Assembly: GCA_046538185.1 (NCBI GenBank)
Contig: JBKHJJ010000001.1
Coordinates: forward strand, 1 to 38,235
From: Dehalococcoidia bacterium
GTDB taxonomy: Bacteria > Chloroflexota > Dehalococcoidia > GIF9 > AB-539-J10
Direction: 5' to 3'
Length of the DNA stretch: 38,235 bases
Below the pieces are notes generated by a model. That model saw nothing but the letters and a program-made list of their open reading frames with translations, ran no database searches and was not told the origin of the DNA. Of this stretch, positions 7,581-15,083 are shown piece after piece; position 1 is the stretch's first letter; the number at the start of each line of letters is the position of its first letter. The position numbers and the translations under genes are program-made.

Positions 7581-7826
7581 ATGATAGACTTGAAATACTC
7601 TCTGATTGTCGAAGCAACTGAAGACCCCGGATTTTTTACCTTCTACTCACCCGACTTGGAAGGCTTTACCGGGGTGGGGACTTCGGTGGAGGATTGCCTT
7701 TACAAAGCGAAGTGGGGAATGGAAGATCATATCGCCCTGCTTAAGGAGCGCGGGCTTCCCATTCCAAAACGAATTCACGACCCCACCATCACGATTAGGA
7801 ATGCGACACCGGCAGGAGTAAGCTAG
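7581..7826 (+). CDS. hicB: HicB-family antitoxin (UPF0150-like)
   Basis: 81 aa. YSLIVEATEDPGFFTFYSPDLEGFTGVGTSVEDCLYKAKWGMEDHIALLKERGLPIP is the typical HicB N-terminal domain. It is tightly coupled to hicA. Confidence 0.8.
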   Translation: MIDLKYSLIVEATEDPGFFTFYSPDLEGFTGVGTSVEDCLYKAKWGMEDHIALLKERGLPIPKRIHDPTITIRNATPAGVS

Positions 7827-8069
7827 AACATCGTAAGCAACACCATGGTTCGTTCAGCCTGCCAAACACATCCTTGTCCAATGACGACAAACCCTCGCTT
7901 GAAGTAGTGTCAGAGCAGTATGTCTGACGGTCAGTTAGGCGCCTTCTTAGCGTCAACACGGCCTTCGGCGGGTGATTTGTCATAGTAGTTCCGTTCCATC
8001 GTGTTCGTTGATCAAATCGCTCGGCTTTGGTTGACTGTAGATAGTCAGGTCATTCCATAGTGATTCCCC

Positions 8070-8098
8070 TTGACACGGCCTGTGGACACGAATAGACT
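8070..8098 (+). promoter_or_regulatory. Sigma70-type promoter candidate
   Basis: TTGACA (8070-8075), 17-nt spacer, TAGACT (8093-8098), about 50 nt upstream of ATG 8149. Confidence 0.45.
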
Positions 8099-8148
8099 TA
8101 CGCAAACATCACGCAAATTCAACGTATCGGCTACATACGAGTAATAAC

Positions 8149-8760
8149 ATGTATTGTCCGAAGTGCGGCAGGGAAATTGACGAGTCCAGTCAATACTGCA
8201 AGTATTGCGGAGCCCATTTGGAGGAGGACGCTGTAGAAAGTGCTCCTGAACATCCACGGGGCTATGGTGAGGATATCTCCGCCTACGAGACGCCCAGGAT
8301 GATTCCTATGGACATGATGGAGAAGAATGAGAGAATCGTGTTTGAAACGCATGCCAGCAAGATGGGGTCATTCTTCAATCACATTGTGGTGGCGCTCCTT
8401 CTCCTTGCGGGCGGCTCAGCCATGCTGATCGTGCTTAGCTGGGAGATTCCAGGCGCCATACTGATGGTTATTGGGGCGATAATAGGGCTCGTAGGCTATG
8501 TCAGGTGGCGGTCTGTTGTGTACGCACTGACTACAAACCGAATAGTAGTGCTCAAGGGCATATTCTCAAAAGAGCTGTATGAAAACCGCCTGGATAAGGT
8601 TCAGGATATCAGAATGAAGATCAGTCTGAGGCAGCGAATATATAATTGCGGTGATATTTTCGTGTCAACGGCAGGGACATCCGGTGTCGAATGTATATGG
8701 GAGAACATACCGGATCCGCGCAAGAAACAGAAGCTGCTGCGGACGCTGATGGCAAGGTGA
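8149..8760 (+). CDS. Zinc-ribbon plus membrane-flanked bacterial PH (bPH_2/YdbS-YdbT-like) domain protein
   Basis: N-terminal MYCPKCGREIDESSQYCKYCGAHL is a zinc ribbon. Two TM helices follow (FFNHIVVALLLLAGGSAMLIVL and GAILMVIGAIIGLVGYV). Then YALTTNRIVVLKG...DIRMKISLRQRIYNCGDIFV is typical of bPH_2. Confidence 0.8.
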   Translation: MYCPKCGREIDESSQYCKYCGAHLEEDAVESAPEHPRGYGEDISAYETPRMIPMDMMEKNERIVFETHASKMGSFFNHIVVALLLLAGGSAMLIVLSWEIPGAILMVIGAIIGLVGYVRWRSVVYALTTNRIVVLKGIFSKELYENRLDKVQDIRMKISLRQRIYNCGDIFVSTAGTSGVECIWENIPDPRKKQKLLRTLMAR

Positions 8761-8914
8761 AGGGATAGCAGCCTTCCAGGAAGTCTCTCAATGGTTCGGA
8801 AAGCCGCAGGAAACTAGCTTGGTCTTGTCGGTTAACGCACGTGCCAATGCAGGTCCGGCGGCAACAAAACGGCCTGGCAGCTGGCTCCGATACACAATGG
8901 CATGGTTCTAGTTC

Positions 8915-9472
8915 ATGAAAAACATATTTCGTGATAAGACAAGAGACGATTTAGCTCGAAACCTCAACTCCCTGGGTATCAGGGCGAAGCTGGCCGGGCG
9001 TGGCCGGGTGGAAGAAAAAGTTGAGAATTTATGGTATCAACGTTCTCTGGGAATCATAGACATATCAGAAGGGTCGGTCGGGTGGATTAACATCTTGAAG
9101 AAGGACGGAAGCAAGAATAGCCCTCCGCGGTGGTGGGTCATTCTTGGTATTCCGGATGAGCGACCTCTGTCAAATCACAAGGCGGTTGACATCAAGACAA
9201 TCAGGAAGAAGGCATTTCCATTGTTCGGGAAAGTGGTAGACGTGACCTGGGAAGGTGACGATCATCATACCGGGCTAGCCGAGGTTCTTTCCAACGATGA
9301 AGCAGTAAAGAACTTGGCGAAGGGGATTGGGAATCTGACACTTCACAGCTATGCCAGGGAATTCCAGGGATGGACACTACAGGTGGATAGGCGATTTGAG
9401 CCGACCAGCCAGGATTGGGCAGCAATCCAGAAGATTGCTAACTACATCCTTTCATCAGCCCGTGTGTACTAG
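8915..9472 (+). CDS. Hypothetical soluble protein, 185 aa, no recognised family
   Basis: Clean ORF with a protein-like composition. I recognise no motifs in it. Confidence 0.6.
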   Translation: MKNIFRDKTRDDLARNLNSLGIRAKLAGRGRVEEKVENLWYQRSLGIIDISEGSVGWINILKKDGSKNSPPRWWVILGIPDERPLSNHKAVDIKTIRKKAFPLFGKVVDVTWEGDDHHTGLAEVLSNDEAVKNLAKGIGNLTLHSYAREFQGWTLQVDRRFEPTSQDWAAIQKIANYILSSARVY

Positions 9473-9492
9473 CTAGGGCCGGAGCGATTAAG

Positions 9493-9582
9493 CTAAGGCA
9501 AGCCTACGAACAGTATCACCAGGCCCACCACCAGCATCGTCACCCCCAAAGCTAATAAGCCAATCAATAGCTTCTTGTTCAT
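9493..9582 (-). CDS. Possible 29-aa single-TM peptide (MNKKLLIGLLALGVTMLVVGLVILFVGLP)
   Basis: Found by hand, as it is below the ORF-track cutoff. It starts with ATG and is strongly hydrophobic. No clear SD. Confidence 0.25.
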   Translation of the reverse strand: MNKKLLIGLLALGVTMLVVGLVILFVGLP

Positions 9583-9771
9583 GTGTAGAACCATTGCCGA
9601 GCAGGTCTCCTGCTATAGTACTAGAACGCCAAAGAAAATGAAAGGACTGCCGCCTTAGAAGAAGCAAAATGGACACTGAATCTTCCCTAACAGGCGCGGC
9701 TGGTGGAGCTATGCTTGTTGGAAGATGAGTGTTTGGATGTCGGCGCAATTCGACCAGGAGTTCTTTCCGTA

Positions 9772-9800
9772 TTGACACGGTTATACGCGAGGACTATAAT
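9772..9800 (+). promoter_or_regulatory. Consensus sigma70 promoter of the mgtE leader
   Basis: TTGACA (9772-9777), exactly 17 nt, TATAAT (9795-9800). Both hexamers match the consensus perfectly. Confidence 0.6.
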
Positions 9801-9824
9801 CGTCCACGGAACGAGATACAAGGT

Positions 9825-9905
9825 ATGGAAAAGAGATCATCACCAGACCCAGACCATAAACCGCGACAGATTGGCATTTTCGTTCGGTGGTGGGACTTGC
9901 CTTAG
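9825..9905 (+). CDS. Candidate leader mini-ORF (MEKRSSPDPDHKPRQIGIFVRWWDLP)
   Basis: 26 codons inside the leader, with four Pro codons. The SD is weak and too close (AAGG, 1 nt from the ATG). Speculative. Confidence 0.2.
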   Translation: MEKRSSPDPDHKPRQIGIFVRWWDLP

Positions 9906-9931
9906 AATAGGTCTCTGATTGAGGCGTCTGT

Positions 9932-9966
9932 GCCCCACGTCCCACCGGACGTGGGGCGTTTTGTTT
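9932..9966 (+). terminator. Intrinsic terminator immediately upstream of the mgtE start codon
   Basis: Perfect 11-bp stem: GCCCCACGTCC (9932-9942), loop CACC, GGACGTGGGGC (9947-9957). It is followed by GTTTTGTTTG. The ATG is at 9976. Confidence 0.7.
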
Positions 9967-9975
9967 GTCTGTAAA

Positions 9976-11349
9976 ATGAGCGAACAGTTTACCGGAAGGG
10001 TACCAACAGAGGCTCTGGATGAAAGCACATTCAAAGGCCTGCTGGAGAACAAGGAATACAGAGCTTTGCGGGAGAGGCTCGTAGGTACAGACCCCGGGAA
10101 TATTGCCGACTTGCTGGGCACTGTGTCGGCGGACAACGCCGTGATAGCATTCCGCCTTCTCCCCAAAGACCTTGCCATCGATGTCTTCGACAATATGGAC
10201 GGGGTGCTTCAGAACCTGATGCTTGAGGCGTTCAGCGACCAGGCGGCAAGGAATTTCTTAGAGGCAATGCCCCCTGATGACCGGACCGAGTTGCTGGAGG
10301 AGGTACCAGCGAAGGTAGCGCGCAGGCTGTTACAGATACTCTCGCCCGAGCAACGCCGTCTCACCATGCAGCTGCTGGGCTATGATGAAGAGACCGCCGG
10401 GCGTGAGATGACCCCTCTGTTTGTAGACCTGCACGGCGATATGACTGTGGCACAGGCTCTGAAAAGGGTCCGACAGTTGGCCATCAACCGGGAGACTGTG
10501 TACGAGTGCTATGTGATGGACCGCCGCCGCTATCTTATAGGAACTGTGTCACTCAAGGACCTGGTCATGGCTGACCAGGATGCCAGCGTAAGCGATATCA
10601 TGGAACCAGACCCGCCATTTGTGTTCACCCATACCGACCGCGAGGAGGTAGCCAGGGAGCTTCGAGAACATAGCCTGCTGGCAATTCCAGTGGTGGATGC
10701 AGAGCAGCGTCTCGTCGGTATCATCACTCATGATGATGTGGCGGACATCCTGGAACAGGAAGCCACCGAAGATATCTATCGCTTTGGTGCGGTACCAGGT
10801 ACGGAGCGAGGCTACTTTGCCGGCCGTATCCTTGACGTTGTCCGGCGCCGGACGCCATGGCTTTTCTTGCTTATCGCGGTCAGCCTGATTATCGCCCCTA
10901 TTATTCTGAGGCAGGAAGAATGGCTCGCCGAGATATATATACTGGCTGCCTTCATCCCTTTGGTGATAGCCGCCGGCGGGAATGTGGGAGCACAATCGGC
11001 CACCGTGGTTATTCGCGGGCTGGCCACGGGGGAGGTAAACCCGAGACGGGCTCTGGCCGTCATCTTGAGGGAGGTTGGGATAGGCGCTATCATGGGCGTT
11101 GCCCTCGGCGCGGTTGCCCTGGGTATGGCTTATGCGTTTGGGCGCAACTTGGCAGCAGCCGCTGTGGTGGGCATCACCCTGATAGGCATCTCTGTAATGG
11201 CAACCCTGGTGGGAGGAGCATTACCATTTGTTTTTCGTTTATTCAAGACTGACCCGGCTCTGGTGTCGGCACCGTTCATAACTACAATTATGGATATATT
11301 TGGGGTAGCACTCTACTTCGGGATTGCGCGAATAGTACTTGGGCTGTAG
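9976..11349 (+). CDS. mgtE: Magnesium transporter MgtE
   Basis: MgtE N-domain (FRLLPKDLAIDVFDNMD...), a CBS pair (YVMDRRRYLIGTVSLKDL..., AIPVVDAEQRLVGIITHDDV) and a C-terminal 5-TM domain (IPLVIAAGGNVGAQS...). Start is taken at ATG 9976 rather than the track start at 9919, which would read through the terminator. Confidence 0.95.
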   Translation: MSEQFTGRVPTEALDESTFKGLLENKEYRALRERLVGTDPGNIADLLGTVSADNAVIAFRLLPKDLAIDVFDNMDGVLQNLMLEAFSDQAARNFLEAMPPDDRTELLEEVPAKVARRLLQILSPEQRRLTMQLLGYDEETAGREMTPLFVDLHGDMTVAQALKRVRQLAINRETVYECYVMDRRRYLIGTVSLKDLVMADQDASVSDIMEPDPPFVFTHTDREEVARELREHSLLAIPVVDAEQRLVGIITHDDVADILEQEATEDIYRFGAVPGTERGYFAGRILDVVRRRTPWLFLLIAVSLIIAPIILRQEEWLAEIYILAAFIPLVIAAGGNVGAQSATVVIRGLATGEVNPRRALAVILREVGIGAIMGVALGAVALGMAYAFGRNLAAAAVVGITLIGISVMATLVGGALPFVFRLFKTDPALVSAPFITTIMDIFGVALYFGIARIVLGL

Positions 11350-11446
11350 TCTGCCTGCCTGGGAAAGGGTCAGGCCTCGTGCAGACGGACAGAGGGAGCA
11401 GAAGACGACGAACGGAATTATTGAAGGCCCGAGGAGAAAGTCGGGA

Positions 11447-12520
11447 ATGAAGCGACTGCAAAAGCTGCGCACGTCAATTGCCGAAATGGGATTGGACGCT
11501 CTTCTGATTTCTCAGCCGCAGAACCGCCGGTATATTTCGGGATTTACCGGATCGGCCGGATGGCTGTTCGTTTCAGTGCAAAATGCTGTTCTGGCTACCG
11601 ATTTCCGCTATATAGAGCAAGCTAAGGGAGAGTCGGCAGAGTTTGAAATTATCCAGACGAAGCGAGAGCTACGTGACTGGCTTCCCGGTCTCGTCCGTGA
11701 CTCAGGATGGCGCAAATTGGGCTTCGAGGCTGACGTGGTTTCTTATGATGGTTATCAGAAGCTCAGCGAGGCAACAGAGACCAACGGAGACAGCCTTGAG
11801 CTTGTTTCTACCAAAGGCCTGGTGGAGCATCTCCGCTCCATCAAAGAGCCGGGAGAACTGGAGTTAATCAGCAGGGCAGTGGCTCTGGCTGATACCGCTT
11901 TTGAACAAGCAAAGGCGTTAATTCATCCAGGCATCACCGAAAAGGAAGTGGCCTGGGAGATAGAGGAACTGCTTCATCAGGGAGGGAGCGAGGGCGCCGC
12001 TTTTGAAATCATTGTGGCTTCCGGCCCAAATTCGGCCCTCCCTCATGCTCAACCTACAGAGAGACGAATTAGTCGCGGTGAGCCAGTCTTGATTGACATG
12101 GGGGCTAGATTCCGTGGTTACTGCAGCGACCTGAGTCGCACGGTTTTCCTGGGCGAACCAGGCAAGGCCCTGGGGCAAGTTTATGATATAGTTTCGAAAG
12201 CACAGGCTGCCGCCATAGAGGGAGTGCAATCCGGCATGAGCGCTTCCCAGGTGGATGAACTGGCCCGAAGTGTCATTGAGCAGGCTGGATATGGAACAGA
12301 CTTCGGACATGGCCTGGGACACGGGGTCGGCCTGGCAGTACACGAGTTGCCTGCGCTCGGGCCCACCTCTGCCGATTCGCTCGCCGATGGCATGGTTTTT
12401 ACCATCGAACCGGGAATCTATCTGCCGGGGCAGGGCGGGGTCAGAATCGAGGACATAGTAGTATTGACGAACGGAAAGGCCAGGGTGCTAAGCAGGGCAA
12501 GCAGGGACTTGTTAATTTGA
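11447..12520 (+). CDS. Xaa-Pro aminopeptidase/dipeptidase (peptidase M24B)
   Basis: N-terminal creatinase-like domain (GLDALLISQPQNRRYISGF). The pita-bread metal ligands are in context (LIDMGARFRGYCSDLSRT, GHGLGHGVGLAVHE, FTIEPGIY, VRIEDIV). GAGGAG lies 10 nt upstream of ATG 11447. Confidence 0.9.
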   Translation: MKRLQKLRTSIAEMGLDALLISQPQNRRYISGFTGSAGWLFVSVQNAVLATDFRYIEQAKGESAEFEIIQTKRELRDWLPGLVRDSGWRKLGFEADVVSYDGYQKLSEATETNGDSLELVSTKGLVEHLRSIKEPGELELISRAVALADTAFEQAKALIHPGITEKEVAWEIEELLHQGGSEGAAFEIIVASGPNSALPHAQPTERRISRGEPVLIDMGARFRGYCSDLSRTVFLGEPGKALGQVYDIVSKAQAAAIEGVQSGMSASQVDELARSVIEQAGYGTDFGHGLGHGVGLAVHELPALGPTSADSLADGMVFTIEPGIYLPGQGGVRIEDIVVLTNGKARVLSRASRDLLI

Positions 12521-12606
12521 GCTTCTTCGTTTCATCATCCTGAGCGAAGTGAAGATTCTGCTACAGATACAGAGTCCCGATGGACGTTGTCCAGAGATTG
12601 TTCGTT

Positions 12607-12625
12607 GTCCCGACTTCGTCGGGAC
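12607..12625 (+). terminator. Weak hairpin after the peptidase gene
   Basis: GTCCCGAC, loop TTC, GTCGGGAC (8-bp stem), followed only by TCTTT. It lies in a 140-nt spacer. Confidence 0.25.
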
Positions 12626-12692
12626 TCTTTAGAATGACAAGCGGTGAGAAGCATAGTGGTAATTGGATTTCAACAAGCAAGGAGGTTACCAG

Positions 12693-13253
12693 ATGATTGA
12701 TGCCGGCGAATTGAGGAAGGGAGCCGCCATAGAGCTAGATGGCGGAACATATGTAGTTCTGGAATACCAGCACGTTAAGATGCAGCAAAGGCAACCTGTA
12801 GTCAAGTTGAAGCTTCGTGACGTTCGTGGCGGTAATGTAGTTGAGCGGAATTTCCAATCCGGTGACAAGGTTGAACCGGTGTTTCTGGAGCATCGCCCCG
12901 TTCAGTACCTTTATAGTGACGGTGACCTTTACTATTTCATGGATAACGAGACTTACGAGCAAATCGTGTTGACTTCGGCACAGATAGGTGAGGGAACAAG
13001 TTACCTGAAAGAAGGCGTGACGCTGGAGATTATGACTAGCCAGGGAGAAACAGTGGCTGTAGAATTGCCTAATTCTGTGGAGCTTCAGGTTGCGGAGACG
13101 GAGCCTGGCTTCAAGGGAGACAGAGCTACGGCGGGCACCAAGACAGCCAAGATGGAGACGGGCGCGCAGGTCCAGGTTCCTCTTTTCATTAATGTAGGCG
13201 ACGTTATTAGAGTGAATACGCGCACTGGCGAATACCAAGAAAAAGCAAGCTGA
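12693..13253 (+). CDS. efp: Elongation factor P (non-canonical tip loop)
   Basis: AAGGAGG lies upstream of ATG 12693. EF-P motifs are present throughout (LRKGAAIELDG, YLYSDGDLYYFMDNETYEQ, ETEPGFKGDRATAGTKTAKMETGAQVQVPLFI). The loop reads KMQQRQP (12777-12797) where KPGKGQA is expected. Confidence 0.95.
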   Translation: MIDAGELRKGAAIELDGGTYVVLEYQHVKMQQRQPVVKLKLRDVRGGNVVERNFQSGDKVEPVFLEHRPVQYLYSDGDLYYFMDNETYEQIVLTSAQIGEGTSYLKEGVTLEIMTSQGETVAVELPNSVELQVAETEPGFKGDRATAGTKTAKMETGAQVQVPLFINVGDVIRVNTRTGEYQEKAS

Positions 13254-13355
13254 ATGTCGCTCAACCAGTCGTCGCCCTGTTCGCAGTGCTCCGTCCTTTG
13301 CGCGGGATCCTTGACACGCTGCACGAGCGAATACAGTCTCAGTTCTGCCGGATTC

Positions 13356-13364
13356 TGGTATAAT
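13356..13364 (+). promoter_or_regulatory. Extended -10 promoter candidate (TGgTATAAT) upstream of the PHP gene
   Basis: TG at 13356-13357 and TATAAT at 13359-13364. It is followed by a GC hairpin, CGGCCGG...CCGGCCG. The -35 is poor. Confidence 0.35.
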
Positions 13365-13477
13365 CGGCCGGGGACGAGAACCGGCCGCGTATTTCCGCTG
13401 AGAAGTTCACGGCGAGCTAATCCGGGATGTTTGTTCCGGATGGCGAGACGGAGCCGGTCCGGGATACTTGATACGCG

Positions 13478-14170
13478 ATGACAAGACGGGTAGGGCGATT
13501 AATAAAGGCTGATCTACATGTCCACACCTGCCACTCTGCAGATTGCCTTACCCCTTTGGAGAGAATAGTTGAGCATTGCCTGGCAACGGGTATAGATTGC
13601 ATTGCTGTGGCCGACCACAACACCATTGCTGGCGCCTTAAGGCTAAGGGAAATCGCCCCTTTCAAAGTAATCGTTGCTGAAGAGGTCATGACGCCTGCCG
13701 GTGAGATTATGGGACTCTTTCTCAGCGAAAGAGTTCCCCCAGGCCTATCTCCTCAGGAGACAATATATCGCATCAGAAGTCAGGGTGGCCTGGTAGCTAT
13801 TCCTCATCCGTTTGGCAGATCCCTGCCCTGGAAGACTAATCCCCTAACCTCGGCGGCAGTTCTGTCCCAGGTTGACATAATCGAAGCCTTTAATTCCCGT
13901 ACGCCACTTTCTAGCAGTATCGCCAGGGCACAGAGGCTGGCCGAAGAGTGGGCCAAGGCCGCCAGTGCAGGTAGCGACGCCCATACTGTGAGTGAGATTG
14001 GTCGGGCATATGTAGAAATGCCCGACTTCGATGGGCCAAGGGACTTCCTGAACGCTCTAGCTCAGGGCAAAATAGTCGGGCAGAAATCCAGCTATTTGGC
14101 CCATTTTGCCAGCACCTGGGCCCGGATAAGGAATCATCTATTCGGACGCTCTGTGGAGGGTTGGGAATGA
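13478..14170 (+). CDS. PHP-domain metal-dependent phosphoesterase
   Basis: KADLHVHTCHSADC...IAVADHNTIAGA...AIPHPF...SDAHT matches the PHP His/Asp motif series. Confidence 0.85.
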   Translation: MTRRVGRLIKADLHVHTCHSADCLTPLERIVEHCLATGIDCIAVADHNTIAGALRLREIAPFKVIVAEEVMTPAGEIMGLFLSERVPPGLSPQETIYRIRSQGGLVAIPHPFGRSLPWKTNPLTSAAVLSQVDIIEAFNSRTPLSSSIARAQRLAEEWAKAASAGSDAHTVSEIGRAYVEMPDFDGPRDFLNALAQGKIVGQKSSYLAHFASTWARIRNHLFGRSVEGWE

Positions 14171-14206
14171 GCAGGGCTGCAATTCGGGGCCACGGCGCGT
14201 TACTGC

Positions 14207-14371
14207 TCACTCGCGCCTTCTGGTCTCACGGAAGATCCACACGAAGGTGACGGTAGCGATCACCGCGATGACGATGATCGTAATCAAGCCTCCCTTGCCC
14301 AATCCGCCGAAAGGCTCACCTGCGGCATAGAGCGTAGAGGTGGCTTGTATCCACCGTACCATTCCAGCCAT
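14207..14371 (-). CDS. Possible 54-aa single-TM protein
   Basis: Found by hand, as it is below the track cutoff. MAGMVRWIQATSTLYAAGEPFGGLGKGGLITIIVIAVIATVTFVWIFRETRRRE is a TM helix with a basic tail. It lies 100 nt downstream of clpP on the same strand. Confidence 0.35.
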   Translation of the reverse strand: MAGMVRWIQATSTLYAAGEPFGGLGKGGLITIIVIAVIATVTFVWIFRETRRRE

Positions 14372-14471
14372 CGTCCTACCAGTTCAAACCATCAGATACT
14401 TGAGATTCTAGGGGGCGTCGCCGTTCCAGTTGGTAAGTCTGCCCGGCCCGCCTATGACGTGGCACGAGCTA

Positions 14472-15083
14472 TTAGCTTTGTTTGTCGGGTGGCTTGCTGA
14501 GTATCTCGTCTATGATGCCGTATTGCACTGCTTGTTCGGCGCTGAGATAGAAATCTCTATCGGTATCGTGGGCAATCTTCTCCACGGGCTGGCCCGTGTG
14601 CTTGGCTATGATACTGCGAATCGTTTCCTGCATTCTCATGATTTCCCTGGCGGCGATCTCAATGTCTGCTGCCTGCCCTTGAGCACCGCCGACTGCCTGA
14701 TGCAGATGTATAGTTGAATTGGGCAATGCGTACCTCTTGCCTTTGCTTCCGGCGCAAAGAAGCAAGGTGCCCATGCTGGCCGCTAGACCTACACAAATGG
14801 TGGATACAGGGCAGCGAAGAATCTGCATTGTATCGTAGATGGCCAGACCTGCGCTGATGATACCACCGGGGCAATGAACGTAGAGGTTTATGTCCTTGTC
14901 CGGGGCCTCTCTCTCCAGATAAAGAAGTTGAGCAATAATGAGATTCGCTATCTGGTCGTTGATCGGCGTGCCTAGGAAAACTATTCTCTCCCTGAGTAAG
15001 AGAGAATATATGTCAAAGATACGCTCACCGCGAGCGCTGGTTTCAGTCACCGTAGGGATTACTACTTGAGATTTCGTCTCCAT
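14472..15083 (-). CDS. clpP: ATP-dependent Clp protease proteolytic subunit
   Basis: [33 protein letters not shown] (catalytic Ser context), IHLHQAVGG. Confidence 0.95.
   Translation of the reverse strand: METKSQVVIPTVTETSARGERIFDIYSLLLRERIVFLGTPINDQIANLIIAQLLYLEREAPDKDINLYVHCPGGIISAGLAIYDTMQILRCPVSTICVGLAASMGTLLLCAGSKGKRYALPNSTIHLHQAVGGAQGQAADIEIAAREIMRMQETIRSIIAKHTGQPVEKIAHDTDRDFYLSAEQAVQYGIIDEILSKPPDKQS

Larger units (their letters stand above)
9801..9975 (+). promoter_or_regulatory. Roughly 170-nt structured 5' leader of mgtE (candidate attenuator or riboswitch)
   Basis: It lies between the consensus promoter and the mgtE ATG and ends in an intrinsic terminator. UCAUCACC (9837-9844) can pair with GGUGGUGG (9887-9894). 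GGUCU (9911-9915) can pair with either of the tandem AGACC copies (9846-9850, 9852-9856). Confidence 0.5.

Noticed and set aside
9801-9975. M-box (ykoK) Mg2+ riboswitch upstream of mgtE
   Set aside because: GUUCGGUGGUGGGAC (9882-9896) and GAGAUAC (9813-9819) faintly resemble M-box blocks, but they occur in the wrong order and spacing. The conserved GCUAAAGCUC block is absent. The region is kept as an unclassified leader, and a covariance-model search is still needed.
12521-12662. A 140-nt spacer containing CATCCTGAGCGAAGTGAAGATTC and GTCCCGACTTCGTCGGGAC...AGAATGAC, reminiscent of short palindromic intergenic repeat families seen in many genomes
   Set aside because: There is only one copy in this window, so repeat status cannot be shown here. 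Only the hairpin is recorded, as a weak terminator candidate.
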